DNA of 64,000 nucleotides. It comes from Octopus vulgaris (lineage: Eukaryota). The stretch is from assembly GCA_951406725.2 (NCBI GenBank), contig OX597820.1:122946001-123010000 (forward strand). Reading direction: 5' to 3'. Of this stretch, positions 13,824 through 26,840 are shown piece by piece. The position numbers and the translations under genes were made by a program. The notes under the pieces were generated by a model. That model saw only the letters and a list, made by a program, of their open reading frames with translations. It searched no databases and was not told the DNA's origin. How positions within the stretch are numbered: position 1 is the first letter of the stretch; the number at the start of each line of letters is the position of its first letter.

Positions 13824-13863
<40 letters not shown>

Positions 13864-13864
13864 A

Positions 13865-13903
<39 letters not shown>

Positions 13904-13905
13904 TG
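13420..13905. repeat. (TA)n/(CT)n/(TG)n compound microsatellite
   Basis: Direct reading. Confidence 0.95.
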
Positions 13906-14189
13906 CGTGTATATGTTCCATACATACCCATACATAAATAAACGTGCAAACAAAACAAGAAGACAACCCCCATGCGTTCTGTTCAGCATATCTAGATTTC
14001 TGTTGACAGCTTCTAGGTAAGGCTGGCTGGGATTGGATGAGGAATAAGGATTGTTCCCATTGGTTATTAACTGGAAGTGTTTACTGTCAAATGCTGTTCA
14101 CTGTGAGAGAATTGGGACTGCGACAATTTGCAGGATGGTGCTCAAAATGATTACTATTAGTAATTTAGTAGAAACAGTGGCTAGTGACT

Positions 14190-14446
14190 TACTCTTTTAC
14201 CCTTTTACTCTTTTACTTGTTTCAGTCATTTGACTGCGGCCATGCTAGAGCACCGCCTTTAGTCGAGCAAATCGACCCTGGGACTTATTCTTTGTAAGCC
14301 CAGTACTTATTCTATCGGTCTCTTTTGCCGAACCGCTAAGTGACGGGGACGTAAACACACCAGCATCGGTTGTCAAGCAATGCTAGGGGGACAAACACAG
14401 ACACACAAACATATACACACACACTCATATATATATACATATATAC
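14190..14446 (-). mobile_element. SINE family B, 3' part (split by the HHR array)
   Basis: Collinear with intact copies at 20878-21270 and 37718-38145 up to the internal TA microsatellite. Confidence 0.9.
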
Positions 14447-14447
14447 C

Positions 14448-17400
14448 TCACAATCAAGGAACGGCCATAATAGGCCATTCACCCACTAGAAATAACAGCC
14501 AAAAGCTTTAACCGCAAAATAACATTAATACCGTAAACCAGGAGAAAATTGAAAAACTTTTACCCTGTAATTTCTTAGACGATGCACCGTTTCATCTACC
14601 GTTTAATGGTAAACTAACCTGATTAAATTAAATCAAGCCAATCCACCATAGGCCCTTAGACTCATCAGTAAGAAATAGCCAAATCGGAACAGATATTTTT
14701 CACGAGGCATTCCTCTTGCTACCTCGGCAATATCTGACCTAAAATTTTCAAATCGTCGCACTCGCGCCAAATTTATCGGCAGCAAATAAACCACCGATTC
14801 CGTTACGGAACTAACCAGAAAATTCATAATTAATCAATATAGGGTGGCAAAAAAATTTTGTAGAATTCTTTGCCACCAGCGGCCTAGTAGGAAAAATTAA
14901 ATAGTCATAAACCATTTTTACGTTCAACATCACAATCAAGGAACGGCCATAATAGGCCATTCACCCACTAGAAATAACAGCCAAAAGCTTTAACCGCAAA
15001 ATAACATTAATACCGTAAACCAGGAGAAAATTGAAAAACTTTTACCCTGTAATTTCTTAGACGATGCACCGTTTCATCTACCGTTTAATGGTAAACTAAC
15101 CTGATTAAATTAAATCAAGCCAATCCACCATAGGCCCTTAGACTCATCAGTAAGAAATAGCCAAATCGGAACAGATATTTTTCACGAGGCATTCCTCTTG
15201 CTACCTCGGCAATATCTGACCTAAAATTTTCAAATCGTCGCACTCGCGCCAAATTTATCGGCAGCAAATAAACCACCGATTCCGTTACGGAACTAACCAG
15301 AAAATTCATAATTAATCAATATAGGGTGGCAAAAAAATTTTGTAGAATTCTTTTGCCACCAGCGGCCTAGTAGGAAAAAATTAAATAGTCATAAACCATT
15401 TTTACGTTCAACATCACAATCAAGGAACGGCCATAATAGGCCATTCACCCACTAGAAATAACAGCCAAAAGCTTTAACCGCAAAATAACATTAATACCGT
15501 AAACCAGGAGAAAATTGAAAAACTTTTACCCTGTAATTTCTTAGACGATGCACCGTTTCATCTACCGTTTAATGGTAAACTAACCTGATTAAATTAAATC
15601 AAGCCAATCCACCATAGGCCCTTAGACTCATCAGTAAGAAATAGCCAAATCGGAACAGATATTTTTCACGAGGCATTCCTCTTGCTACCTCGGCAATATC
15701 TGACCTAAAATTTTCAAATCGTCGCACTCGCGCCAAATTTATCGGCAGCAAATAAACCACCGATTCCGTTACGGAACTAACCAGAAAATTCATAATTAAT
15801 CAATATAGGGTGGCAAAAAAATTTTGTAGAATTCTTTTGCCACCAGCGGCCTAGTAGGAAAAAATTAAATAGTCATAAACCATTTTTACGTTCAACATCA
15901 CAATCAAGGAACGGCCATAATAGGCCATTCACCCACTAGAAATAACAGCCAAAAGCTTTAACCGCAAAATAACATTAATACCGTAAACCAGGAGAAAATT
16001 GAAAAACTTTTACCCTGTAATTTCTTAGACGATGCACCGTTTCATCTACCGTTTAATGGTAAACTAACCTGATTAAATTAAATCAAGCCAATCCACCATA
16101 GGCCCTTAGACTCATCAGTAAGAAATAGCCAAATCGGAACAGATATTTTTCACGAGGCATTCCTCTTGCTACCTCGGCAATATCTGACCTAAAATTTTCA
16201 AATCGTCGCACTCGCGCCAAATTTATCGGCAGCAAATAAACCACCGATTCCGTTACGGAACTAACCAGAAAATTCATAATTAATCAATATAGGGTGGCAA
16301 AAAAATTTTGTAGAATTCTTTTGCCACCAGCGGCCTAGTAGGAAAAAATTAAATAGTCATAAACCATTTTTACGTTCAACATCACAATCAAGGAACGGCC
16401 ATAATAGGCCATTCACCCACTAGAAATAACAGCCAAAAGCTTTAACCGCAAAATAACATTAATACCGTAAACCAGGAGAAAATTGAAAAACTTTTACCCT
16501 GTAATTTCTTAGACGATGCACCGTTTCATCTACCGTTTAATGGTAAACTAACCTGATTAAATTAAATCAAGCCAATCCACCATAGGCCCTTAGACTCATC
16601 AGTAAGAAATAGCCAAATCGGAACAGATATTTTTCACGAGGCATTCCTCTTGCTACCTCGGCAATATCTGACCTAAAATTTTCAAATCGTCGCACTCGCG
16701 CCAAATTTATCGGCAGCAAATAAACCACCGATTCCGTTACGGAACTAACCAGAAAATTCATAATTAATCAATATAGGGTGGCAAAAAAATTTTGTAGAAT
16801 TCTTTGCCACCAGCGGCCTAGTAGGAAAAAATTAAATAGTCATAAACCATTTTTACGTTCAACATCACAATCAAGGAACGGCCATAATAGGCCATTCACC
16901 CACTAGAAATAACAGCCAAAAGCTTTAACCGCAAAATAACATTAATACCGTAAACCAGGAGAAAATTGAAAAACTTTTACCCTGTAATTTCTTAGACGAT
17001 GCACCGTTTCATCTACCGTTTAATGGTAAACTAACCTGATTAAATTAAATCAAGCCAATCCACCATAGGCCCTTAGACTCATCAGTAAGAAATAGCCAAA
17101 TCGGAACAGATATTTTTCACGAGGCATTCCTCTTGCTACCTCGGCAATATCTGACCTAAAATTTTCAAATCGTCGCACTCGCGCCAAATTTATCGGCAGC
17201 AAATAAACCACCGATTCCGTTACGGAACTAACCAGAAAATTCATAATTAATCAATATAGGGTGGCAAAAAAAATTTTGTAGAATTCTTTTGCCACCAGCG
17301 GCCTAGTAGGAAAAAATTAAATAGTCATAAACCATTTTTACGTTCAACATCACAATCAAGGAACGGCCATAATAGGCCATTCACCCACTAGAAATAACAG

Positions 17401-17539
17401 CCAAAAGCTTTAACCGCAAAATAACATTAATACCGTAAACCAGGAGAAAATTGAAAAACTTTTACCCTGTAATTTCTTAGACGATGCACCGTTTCATCTA
17501 CCGTTTAATGGTAAACTAACCTGATTAAATTAAATCAAG
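14448..17539 (-). mobile_element. Hammerhead-bearing tandem array (retrozyme/PLE-derived), 482-485 bp unit x about 6.4
   Basis: Unit starts at 14448, 14930, 15414, 15898, 16382, 16865, 17350; the differences I found are homopolymer lengths; HHR on minus strand at 14570-14676, 15052-15158, 15536-15642, 16020-16126, 16504-16610, 16987-17093. Confidence 0.9.
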
Positions 17540-18084
17540 AGGCCGCTGGTGGCAAAAGAATTCTACAAAATTTTTTTGCCACCCTATATTGATTAATTAT
17601 GAATTTTCTGGTTAGTTCCGTAACGGAATCGGTGATTTATTTGCTGCCGATAAATTTGGCGCGAGTGCGACGATTTGAAAATTTTAGGTCAGATATTGCC
17701 GAGGTAGCAAGAGGAATGCCTCGTGAAAAATATCTGTTCCGATTTGGCTATTTCTTACTGATGAGTCTAAGGGCCTATGGTGGATTGGCTTGATTTAATT
17801 TAATCAGGTTAGTTTACCATTAAACGGTAGATGAAACGGTGCATCGTCTAAGAAATTACAGGGTAAAAGTTTTTCAATTTTCTCCTGGTTTACGGTATTA
17901 ATGTTATTTTGCGGTTAAAGCTTTTGGCTGTTATTTCTAGTGGGTGAATGGCCTATTATGGCCGTTCCTTGATTGTGATGTTGAACGTAAAAATGGTTTA
18001 TGACTATTTAATTTTTTCCTACTAGGCCGCTGGTGGCAAAAGAATTCTACAAAATTTTTTTGCCACCCTATATTGATTAATTAT
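17540..18084 (+). mobile_element. Inverted arm of the 484-bp HHR array (about 1.1 units)
   Basis: Reverse complement of the unit from AGGCCGCTGG; one substitution at 17635; followed by TSD TATACATATATAC (18082-18094 = 14434-14446). Confidence 0.9.
17750..17856 (+). ncRNA. Type I hammerhead ribozyme
   Basis: Stem I ATTTCTTA/TAAGAAAT; CTGATGA 17758; stem II GTCTA..TAGAT with long G-U-rich extension; GAAA 17833; stem III CGG-TGCA-TCG; GUC site, predicted cleavage after 17848. Confidence 0.88.
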
Positions 18085-18094
18085 ACATATATAC

Positions 18095-18258
18095 GACATC
18101 TTCTTTCAGTTTCCGTCTACCAAATCCACTCATAAGGCATTGGTTGGCCCGAGGCTATAGCAGAAGACACCTGCCCAAGATGCCACGCAGTGGGACTGAA
18201 TCCAGAACCATGTGGTTGGTTAGCAAGCTACTTACCACACAGACATCCCTGCGCCTAT
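18095..18258 (-). mobile_element. SINE family B, 5' tRNA-like head (continues 14190-14446)
   Basis: Matches 21106-21270; minus strand TAGGCGCAGG..TGTGTGGTAAGTAGCTTGC..GGTTC. Confidence 0.9.
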
Positions 18259-18511
18259 GTAAGAAAGAGCAGAAATAGTACCTCTTTTTCTTTAAAATGT
18301 ATTAATGTTGAGATTACAGTTTATGAAGGATTATAAACGGGTCATGCAGGTCCTTGCAAAGATGTATGGAAGATAAAAAAAAGATGTGGGAATAAACTGC
18401 ATTGGTAGCAGCATGAAGTTTAAATTTCATCAAAAGGAAAGTAATAGACGGTTCATAAAAGTTAAGCCTTTATAAAGGAACCCAGTCAGCTGGAGTTACG
18501 AGTAGGTAGTT

Positions 18512-18810
18512 TTGTTTGTTGTTTGTTCCTTCTCGAGCCATGCCTGGCTCATAGGGACCGGTTTCCCGGTTTCTTGGCGTATAGGTTCCCCACCTGGACG
18601 GGACGCCGGTCCGTCGCAGGTGAGCTGCAAGATGCAGGAGGAAAGAGTGAGAGAAAGTTGTGGCGAAAGAGTCAGCAGAGGTTTCGCCATAACCTTCTGC
18701 CAGAGCCGCGTGGACCCTAGGTGTTTTCGCTCATAAACACACACATCGCTCGGTCTGAGATTCGAACCCGCGAGTCCGCTGCTCTCACCACTAGGCCATG
18801 TGCCTCCACA
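18512..18810 (-). mobile_element. tRNA-derived SINE family C (V/Meta-like central domain)
   Basis: A box TGGCCTAGTGG, B box GGTTCGAATC; TSD GAGTAGGTAGTT; further copies at 36660 and 46528. Confidence 0.9.
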
Positions 18811-18957
18811 TGAGTAGGTAGTTCCGCTTGTTTATGGAGATATATAGATTGAAAGGAGAATAAAATAAAATAACTTTGAATTCCTTAATTATTTAGGCGA
18901 AAGAGGTATCTTTATAATCGTGTGTGTGTCTGTGCGTGTATGTGAATGGGTACATAA

Positions 18958-19830
18958 ACGAAAGTGCACCCAAAAGAAACCGGGATTTTGTAATGTTATT
19001 TTATTCACTTAGTTTTACATGTTTACTCAGTTATCGCCTTCAAAATATTCTCAAGTTTAAGCGATGTATCGGTTCAGAAGTTCTTTCATTGTTCGAAGCA
19101 GTCCTGGAGCTGTTGCGAAGTGATGCCTTTTAACTCCTCCATCGTTTTCCTCTTCACCTCTTCCACATCTGCAAATTCCGTAGCACCAGGTTTTGTAACC
19201 AGCGATGACCTTCGAAAAAAGGTCCGGAATAACATCCAACTCTTCTTCCAGTTCACAGCAGGCATTCATCCGTAACTGCTTTTGATTTTCCGTGAGCAGA
19301 CGAGGCACAGAATTTACTGCAACTATTTTCATTCACAATTTTTCGCTCAAAATTCGTTGGTAGGAACCCCAGGACGCAACAATCATTTCATCAAGTTCAT
19401 CAATTGTTCAGTGATGTTCCTTCAAGATCAGTTCATGAATTTTCATGATGTTTTCTTTCGGAAGATCGACGATGGCCTTCAACGAGGTTGTTCTTCAAGC
19501 GGCAAGTGACCATTCCTAAAGCGTGAAAACCACTCATCAGCTTGTGTTTTGCTCATAGCAGCGTCCTTGTTTGAAGAATGGCAAGTGTTTCGGCCGCCGT
19601 TTTCCCCAGCAGAAGTAAGAATTTCATAGAAGCAGGCTCTTCCTTCCTTCCAGCCATCCCCAAAATCGACGAAGGTGAAAGAAGCACTACAAAACAAAGA
19701 CGCAACAGTGGCAGTAGGAAATCAGCTGGTACCTCCTGATACCTCCAGTGGCTACTAGCGGCGGAAGCCTGAACTACAAAGGGCTTGTCCCGCAGAGAAA
19801 CGTTTCCGGTTACTTTTGGTTACCATCTCT
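18958..19830 (-). mobile_element. Mariner transposon relic, internally deleted
   Basis: VPRLLTENQKQLR...FSKVIAGYKTWCYG (WVPRLL and ITGDETW-like), HTH segment EWFSRFRNG; TIRs CCAAAAGAAACCGG / CCGGTTACTTTTGG. Confidence 0.85.
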
Positions 19831-19984
19831 CTCTATATATATTGTGTTATTCCGTTACAGTGATACTTGTTTCAGCCATTAGACTTCGGTCATGCTGGAG
19901 GGTTTTAGTCGAAGAAATCGACCCCAGAACTTCTTTCTACTCCTCGTACGTATTCTATGGGTTTCTTTTGCTGAACCGTTAGTT

Positions 19985-20695
19985 TCCTTGACAGTGAGCA
20001 GGTCTGGTCACCGTTTGTCAGACTCACTTTTCCACAGCTCGTCTCTTTGCAAACCTGGGTTAGGCGTAGACTGAGGAGGGGCGCTTGGAACCCGAGTGCC
20101 GGCAAGCGTACACAGCCCTCCACCAGGCGAGCAATGAGGTCGGTGGTACTTCCACTCTAGCATTCTATAGAGGGCTAGTGGAGGGAAAGTGCGACGCCGT
20201 TCTCAGGGAAACACTGGGCGTCGATGAGGATCAACTAACCGATCTATTTCAGAGAACTTTCGTCCCTGGACCTATGGATAACTTCCAGAAATACCTTGCC
20301 TGGTAGTGCTACCTAGGGTACTGCCTTTCGAGATAAACATTGCAGGCATTGAAGTGCCGTCAGCCGGGCCTACTCGATGTGCGCCCACAATCAATGACCG
20401 TTCTACATGCCCTCGTCCAGTGCCCGAGTTTTGGTGACCTGTGGGTTTATGTCGAACACCTGATGTCACATGTAGGACGGATCCGGATACTAGCTGAATC
20501 CATAGTGAAGATTGCCCCGCCGCCCTCCTTTGGCCCGGAGGGGCAGGCAGTTTTTATTTGACTGGTTGCTGCAGCGAAAGAGATAGAATGGTGGACACGT
20601 CTGAAAGGGCTAAAGTCAGACAATTTAATCTTTGACCGAGGCCTCGTCAACTCTTTCAAGTTTCACTTGAAAAGGAAGTTGAGGGTGGAGATGAA
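19985..20695 (+). mobile_element. L1/Tx1-clade LINE ORF2 3' fragment (C-terminal zinc-knuckle region)
   Basis: MDNFQKYLAW...TVLHALVQCPSFGDLW; homologous to ORF 28797-29204. Confidence 0.8.
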
Positions 20696-20877
20696 TTTTG
20701 GTTTGTTGGGTCAAAAATGATTATTACATCAACAATGTAGGGTTTGTTAAGCTCGCCCCCACCAAAATACTTCCCTAATGAACAAGGTTATGAAAACTCT
20801 TAGCTTCAAATTCGTTGTGAAGCTTGTTGGTTTCATGATGACCAAGATGTTGACGGTAATTATATTTATCGTATTTT

Positions 20878-21270
20878 TCTTGTTTCAGTCATTTGTCTGT
20901 GGCCATTACCTTTAGTCGAGCAAATCGACCCCAGGACTTATTCTTTGTAAGCCTAGTACTTATTCTGTCGGTCTCTTTTGCCGAACCGCTAAGTTACGGA
21001 GAACTAAACACCCCTGCATCGGTTGTCAAGCGATGTTGGGGGGCCAAACACATACACGCACACACACACATACACACACACATATATATATATATACATA
21101 TATACGACGGGCTTCTTTCAGTTTCCGTCTACCAAATTTACTCACAAGGCTATGGTTGGCCCGAGGCTATAGTAGAAGACACTTACCCAAGGTGCCACGC
21201 AGTGGGACTGAACCCAGAGCCATGTGGTTCGTAAGCAAGCTACTTACCACACAGCCACTCCTACGCCTAC
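20878..21270 (-). mobile_element. SINE family B
   Basis: Near-full copy with internal CA/TA microsatellite and tRNA-like head. Confidence 0.9.
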
Positions 21271-22000
21271 AACAATTACTTTGATTAATCAATATCATCA
21301 TCATCATCATCATCATCAGCAGCATCATCATCATCATCATCATCACCATCGTCGTCGTTGTCGTCGCTAACACTTTCAATTCTTATATTTTCTTATTCGT
21401 ATATTTCATAAATGACGATGGTTAACTTCTTGCATCATTGTTTTTCTGACTCATCTTACTCCTCTTCATCATCGTCGTTGCCATCGTTATCATCATCATC
21501 ATCATCATCATCATTTAACCACCACTATCATCACCTTCCTCCCCTCCTTCTCCTCCTCTTCCTCCTCCTCCTCATCGTCGTCACTCCTTATCGTCTCACT
21601 CTTACCCATCACCATCTGTTTACAGTAACATATGAAAACCATTTGTACACATGGAATCTTTCTGCACACTGCTTTGCATTTGTCTTGCATTTACCTAAAC
21701 TCGTTTCTATGTGCCACTGTAAATACGGTTCTATGTATTTAGGTACATCTATTTCCAGACTCTACAGACTTCTTATCGGTTGAATTAGCATTTCTAAAAT
21801 CCATTCGCACATGCCATTGTTGTTAGTCACGTCGATAGTCTCTAGACTACAATTAGTTGAGTAGTGAGCTATTCTCTGTGTTCAATGAGTAAATTTATAT
21901 TTACTGTTCCCCTATTTAACAGAAACTATTTTGTTTTTACTGAACAATCTTTAAATTATAACACAAACAAATCACATTTCTCGTAACTATGACAAAGAAA

Positions 22001-22419
22001 GGATCTTTTCGGTTTGAACGGCAGTTTTTTCTAGCGGTGTCATATGAAATTGTCACCCATAATTATGACCCTAGTATCGATCTGTTTTAGGGTTACGGTT
22101 AGTTAGGGTTAGGGTTAGGGTGGGGAGAAGGGTATCTTTTTTTCTTTACAAATGTAAATAAACCCAATCTGTTTCTTAAACGAGGGACATATTCATACGG
22201 TACAGAATATTTTTTTTTACCTCAATGGACGTCATTGATTGGTTGAAATTGCAGAAATTGAAGAAAAAAACCAACAAATATCTTACATCTATAGAATTTT
22301 CTCAATAAAGCCAAGAGAAAATGATGTTTTATAACCACATTCTACCAGTATACGAAGTTTAAAATTTTTTAGTTACCTAGGAATTATGTTACAAACTGCC
22401 GTTCAAACCGAAAAGATTC
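22001..22419. mobile_element. MITE with GGATCTTTTCGGTTTGAACGGCAG TIRs and internal TTAGGG-like repeats
   Basis: About 27-bp TIRs; 8-bp TSD CAAAGAAA/CATAGAAA; opposite orientation to the other copies. Confidence 0.9.
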
Positions 22420-22690
22420 CATAGAAATAATGTCTTTGTAATTGCATGAGGCATTTCTATAATTCGTTAAGAGCTGAGTTGATGACGATAAACAGAAATG
22501 AAGTTTTGAAAGATACAGAGTGAGAAATGTCATTGAAAGTTTCTGTCTACTGATGCTGATGGTGCTGTTGCTATTGTTGTGCTTGGATGATGTTGTTCAG
22601 ATTGTGGTACCTACATGTTTAAGGGGCATTCTTTCATTTGCTTTCTGTTTTAAGAACAAAACCTTTCGGTAGCTGCCGAAGCCTAAAATA

Positions 22691-22897
22691 TCTATTTCTT
22701 TACTACCCACAAGGGGCTAAACACAGAGGGGACAAACAAGGACAGACCCAGTGCGTAACTGGTACTTAATTTATCGACCCCGAAAGGATGAAAGGCAAAG
22801 TCGACCTCGGCGGAATTTGAACTCAGAACGTAACGGCAAACGAAATACGGCTACGCATTTCGCCCAGCGTGCTAACGTTTCTGCCAGCTCGCCGCCC
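22691..22897 (-). mobile_element. SINE family A
   Basis: Matches 12176-12403 with a small internal deletion. Confidence 0.9.
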
Positions 22898-24139
22898 TAT
22901 ATCACATGTTCAGTAGCGAGGTACCACTAGGCTGATTGACATCTACCAAGTGAAGCATGTAAGGGATTGCTTCGAGTCACTCTGTTCAGTTTAGATCTAG
23001 AGTTCCATTCCTATCCTCAACCAGTTCTCTTTGCGTAGTTTCTTCATTTCCAATATTACGCTTTCTTCTTCAAAGGTCAACCAGTACAGTTTTCACCAAC
23101 CAGTAGATGCTTATTTTTTATGGTACATCCATCACAATCACTCTTATCTTGCGTCGGCCAAGATATAAGTCTAATAGGATTAATTTAACATTTCTGAGGG
23201 AGGCTATAAAGTGGTTTCTTACCTAGATTTCTGTGGCCAATCTGATGTCGACTGCGCCATAGTATCTGCTACGTGTGATGAAATAGTTTTTGGTCGGATT
23301 TCCGACGCCTTTCTACATGGACATACGTTGGTCACTATATCAATCCTCGACATTATAAAAGGTATATCTACGTTATCTATATCAGCTTCCGAGCGGTAGC
23401 ATCAAAAATGCTGATAACAGTTTTCTGATTGTCTTGTATAAGCACTCCATTTCATCGCCCTTCCTGTATTTTATGTTCATAACTGGAGTAAGCTGTGTAT
23501 TTATTCCTATTAACTTATTTCTAACATTTCGTTCAGCTGTCATATTTTCTATTTTGTCCCCCTTCCTTCGTTCCGTGTATTGTATGAGATTTTATCAATC
23601 ACTTGGGTAGTTTCACGATTTGTTCAAGGATTATTCAACAAGTTCCGTGTCTGCCTCAAATTTAATGTTTTCAGGTTCAACTAAAATACTAGTTGTTTTT
23701 TCTCAGATGTATTTTAAAATCTTGACTGAATTCCGGATCAAATTTCAGTTGCTTCTTCTGTTGAGTTTTGTCTTTCCAATTAGTTTTGTAAGAATTATAT
23801 GGAAAAGATTCTCAGTCATATGTTCCTAGAATTTATAAATAATGTTTGTGACATCATCTGATTTACTAATGCAGCAAAATATAGGGGAGTTGAGTGAATA
23901 AAGTGTCTCGATGAAAGACAGATTTAATTTATTTTTAGTAATATGGCTATTTCCATTTTGCTTCTTAAGTGTGCTTGTGCGTGCATCGGCATACATACAC
24001 ACACGCACACGCACGCGCACACACACACATGCAGGGACACACACAAACACACGCAGTCACAGGCACACAAGAGTTGCACAAAGAGTAATGCAAATACGGG
24101 CATGATTTTATTTATTGATCGCTTAAATAGCAAATACTG

Positions 24140-24400
24140 GTAAAAAAGGATTTCAAGCAGAGACAAGGAGCCGTTATTGAGATCTTGATGAACGTGGGGT
24201 GCAAGCTGTTCGACATTCACAGAAGTCTAAAACTATGGAAAACAGTTCTGATCTGATGGAAGCATTTGAAACCAATGGAAACACGCATAGTTTTTTTTTC
24301 CAGTCTGGTGAGACGGGATGAAACATGTTCAAGTGTTTATGGCCAATACTTGTACGGATGCTGACTACATGAGGTGGCGTCACACCTCTTTCCGAAGGTT
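24140..24400 (+). mobile_element. Degraded mariner transposase N-terminus
   Basis: FKQR..AVIEILMNVGCKLFDIHR..VYG resembles the mariner N-terminal QRAVIxFL..IHxxL..VYG pattern. Confidence 0.4.
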
Positions 24401-24827
24401 CAAAATAATTTTGAAGGTCAGCACCTTTTTTACAGTTATATATATTTTCAGTTCTACATCATTTTCTTTCCCATTTGAAATGTGTGATTCCAAGGAAATT
24501 AATAGCTTGTAACCAAATCCTTGAATTCTTCTCCCAAGAGCATTGAGCAGGTTATGTCCTGATAGTTGTACCCCGATTACAACCATGTTGTGTACTAATC
24601 AACCCTTTCCTATCATTGCTACATTCCTTCACATTTACGATCGAATTCTACGGATCCCGTGCTTTTCTTTCTATTTCTATGTTACTTCTTCTCATCCTTG
24701 TCTATAGATCCTTCAATATGGCGATATTCACATTTCTAGATATAAGACATTCATTTGTGTTCCCGGGAAATTTTTCTGATAGCATTACACTACAAGGCTA
24801 AATTTATTTCACTACACACACACACTT

Positions 24828-24890
<63 letters not shown>

Positions 24891-25310
24891 CATAAAATAC
24901 ATATACAAGTATATACGCATATGTGTGTGTGTGTGTATATATGGATATATATGCGAGGGTGTATTACACGCATCAGTGATTGTTAATCCAGTCTAAGACA
25001 ACTGTGGATGTTTTTGTTCGACTTTTACGGAACGTTGATCAATACTCTTAGAGACAACAAATCACACCCACCCATCCATCCCACCACCCCACACACATAT
25101 CCTTGTACACACACTTGTATCTAAATATACGCATTACCTTATAAGCATATTATGCATACCTGTGACATATTTGTGTGTTTGAACGTGTGAATGAGTAAGC
25201 ATATGTGCATACATATATATGAGTATGTGTGTGTGTATGTGAGGGTGTATATGTTTATGTATATATGTATGTAACTATGCATGCATATTTATATATAAAT
25301 ACATATGTTT

Positions 25311-25348
<38 letters not shown>

Positions 25349-25380
25349 TATATATAGGGAGATACATATATATATATATA

Positions 25381-25953
25381 TATGTATGTATGTATGTAAG
25401 TATGTATGTATGTATGTAAGTATGTATGTATGTATGTATGTATGTATGTATGTATGTATGTATGTATGTATGTATGTATGTATGTATGTATGTATGTATG
25501 TGTGTATGTATGTATGTATGTATGTATGTAAGTATGTATGTATGTATGTATGTATGTATGTATGTATGTATGTATGTATGTATGTATGTATTTATGTATG
25601 TATGTATGTATGTATGTATGTATGTATTTATGTATGTATGTATGTATGTATGTATGTATGTATGTATGTATGTATGTATGTATGTATGTATGTATGTATG
25701 TATGTATGTATGTATGTATTATGTATGTATGTGTGTATGTATGTATGTATGTATGTATGTAAGTATGTATGTATGTATGTATGTAAGTATGTATGTATGT
25801 ATGTATGTATGTATGTATGTATGTATGTATGTATTTATGTATGTATGTATGTATGTTTGTATGTATGTATGTATGTATGTTTGTATGTATGTATGTATGT
25901 GTATGTATGTATGTATGTATGTATGTATGTATGTATGTATGTATGTATGTATG

Positions 25954-25984
<31 letters not shown>

Positions 25985-26060
25985 GTATGTATGTATGTAT
26001 GTATGTATGTATGTATGTATGTATTATGTATGTATGTGTGTATGTATGTATGTATGTATG

Positions 26061-26091
<31 letters not shown>

Positions 26092-26322
26092 GTATGTATG
26101 TATGTATGTACGTATGTAAGTATGTATGTATGTATGTATGTATTATGTATGTATGTGTGTATGTATGTATGTATGTATGTATGTAAGTATGTATGTATGT
26201 ATGTATGTAAGTATGTATGTATGTATGTATGTATGTATGTGTGTATGTATGTATGTATGTATGTATGTATGTATGTATGTATGTATGTATGTATGTATTA
26301 TGTATGTATGTGTGTATGTATG

Positions 26323-26353
<31 letters not shown>

Positions 26354-26358
26354 GTATG

Positions 26359-26389
<31 letters not shown>

Positions 26390-26493
26390 GTATGTATGTA
26401 TGTATGTATGTATGTATGTATGTATGTATGTATGTATGTATGTATGTATTATGTATGTATGTGTGTATGTATGTATGTTTGTATGTATGTTTG

Positions 26494-26524
<31 letters not shown>

Positions 26525-26693
26525 GTATGTATGTAAGTAAGTATGTATGTAAGTAAGTATGTATGTAAGTATGTATGTATGTATGTATGTAAGTATGTAT
26601 GTATGTATGTATGTATATATGTATGTATGTATATATGTATGTATGTAAGCATGTATGTATGTATGTATGTAAGCATGTATGTATGTATGTAAG

Positions 26694-26724
<31 letters not shown>

Positions 26725-26809
26725 GTATGTATGTAAGTAAGTATGTATGTATGTATGTATGTAAGTATGTATGTATGTATGTATGTATGTATGTATGTAT
26801 GTATGTATG

Positions 26810-26840
<31 letters not shown>

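Noticed and set aside
14633-17793. Seven copies of a 64-aa ORF (MNFLVSSVTES...) as a multicopy peptide gene
   Set aside because: No recognisable motif; its 3' end overlaps the hammerhead core, and it is repeated only because the unit is repeated. Translation from a circular RNA is not excluded but is unsupported
14448-18084. Array as a CRISPR array, ordinary satellite or assembly foldback artefact
   Set aside because: No unique spacers; the TSD and collinear SINE halves argue for a real single insertion, although unit number and homopolymer lengths may be assembly-sensitive
22087-22120. Interstitial telomere
   Set aside because: TTAGGG-like repeats are an internal part of the multicopy MITE
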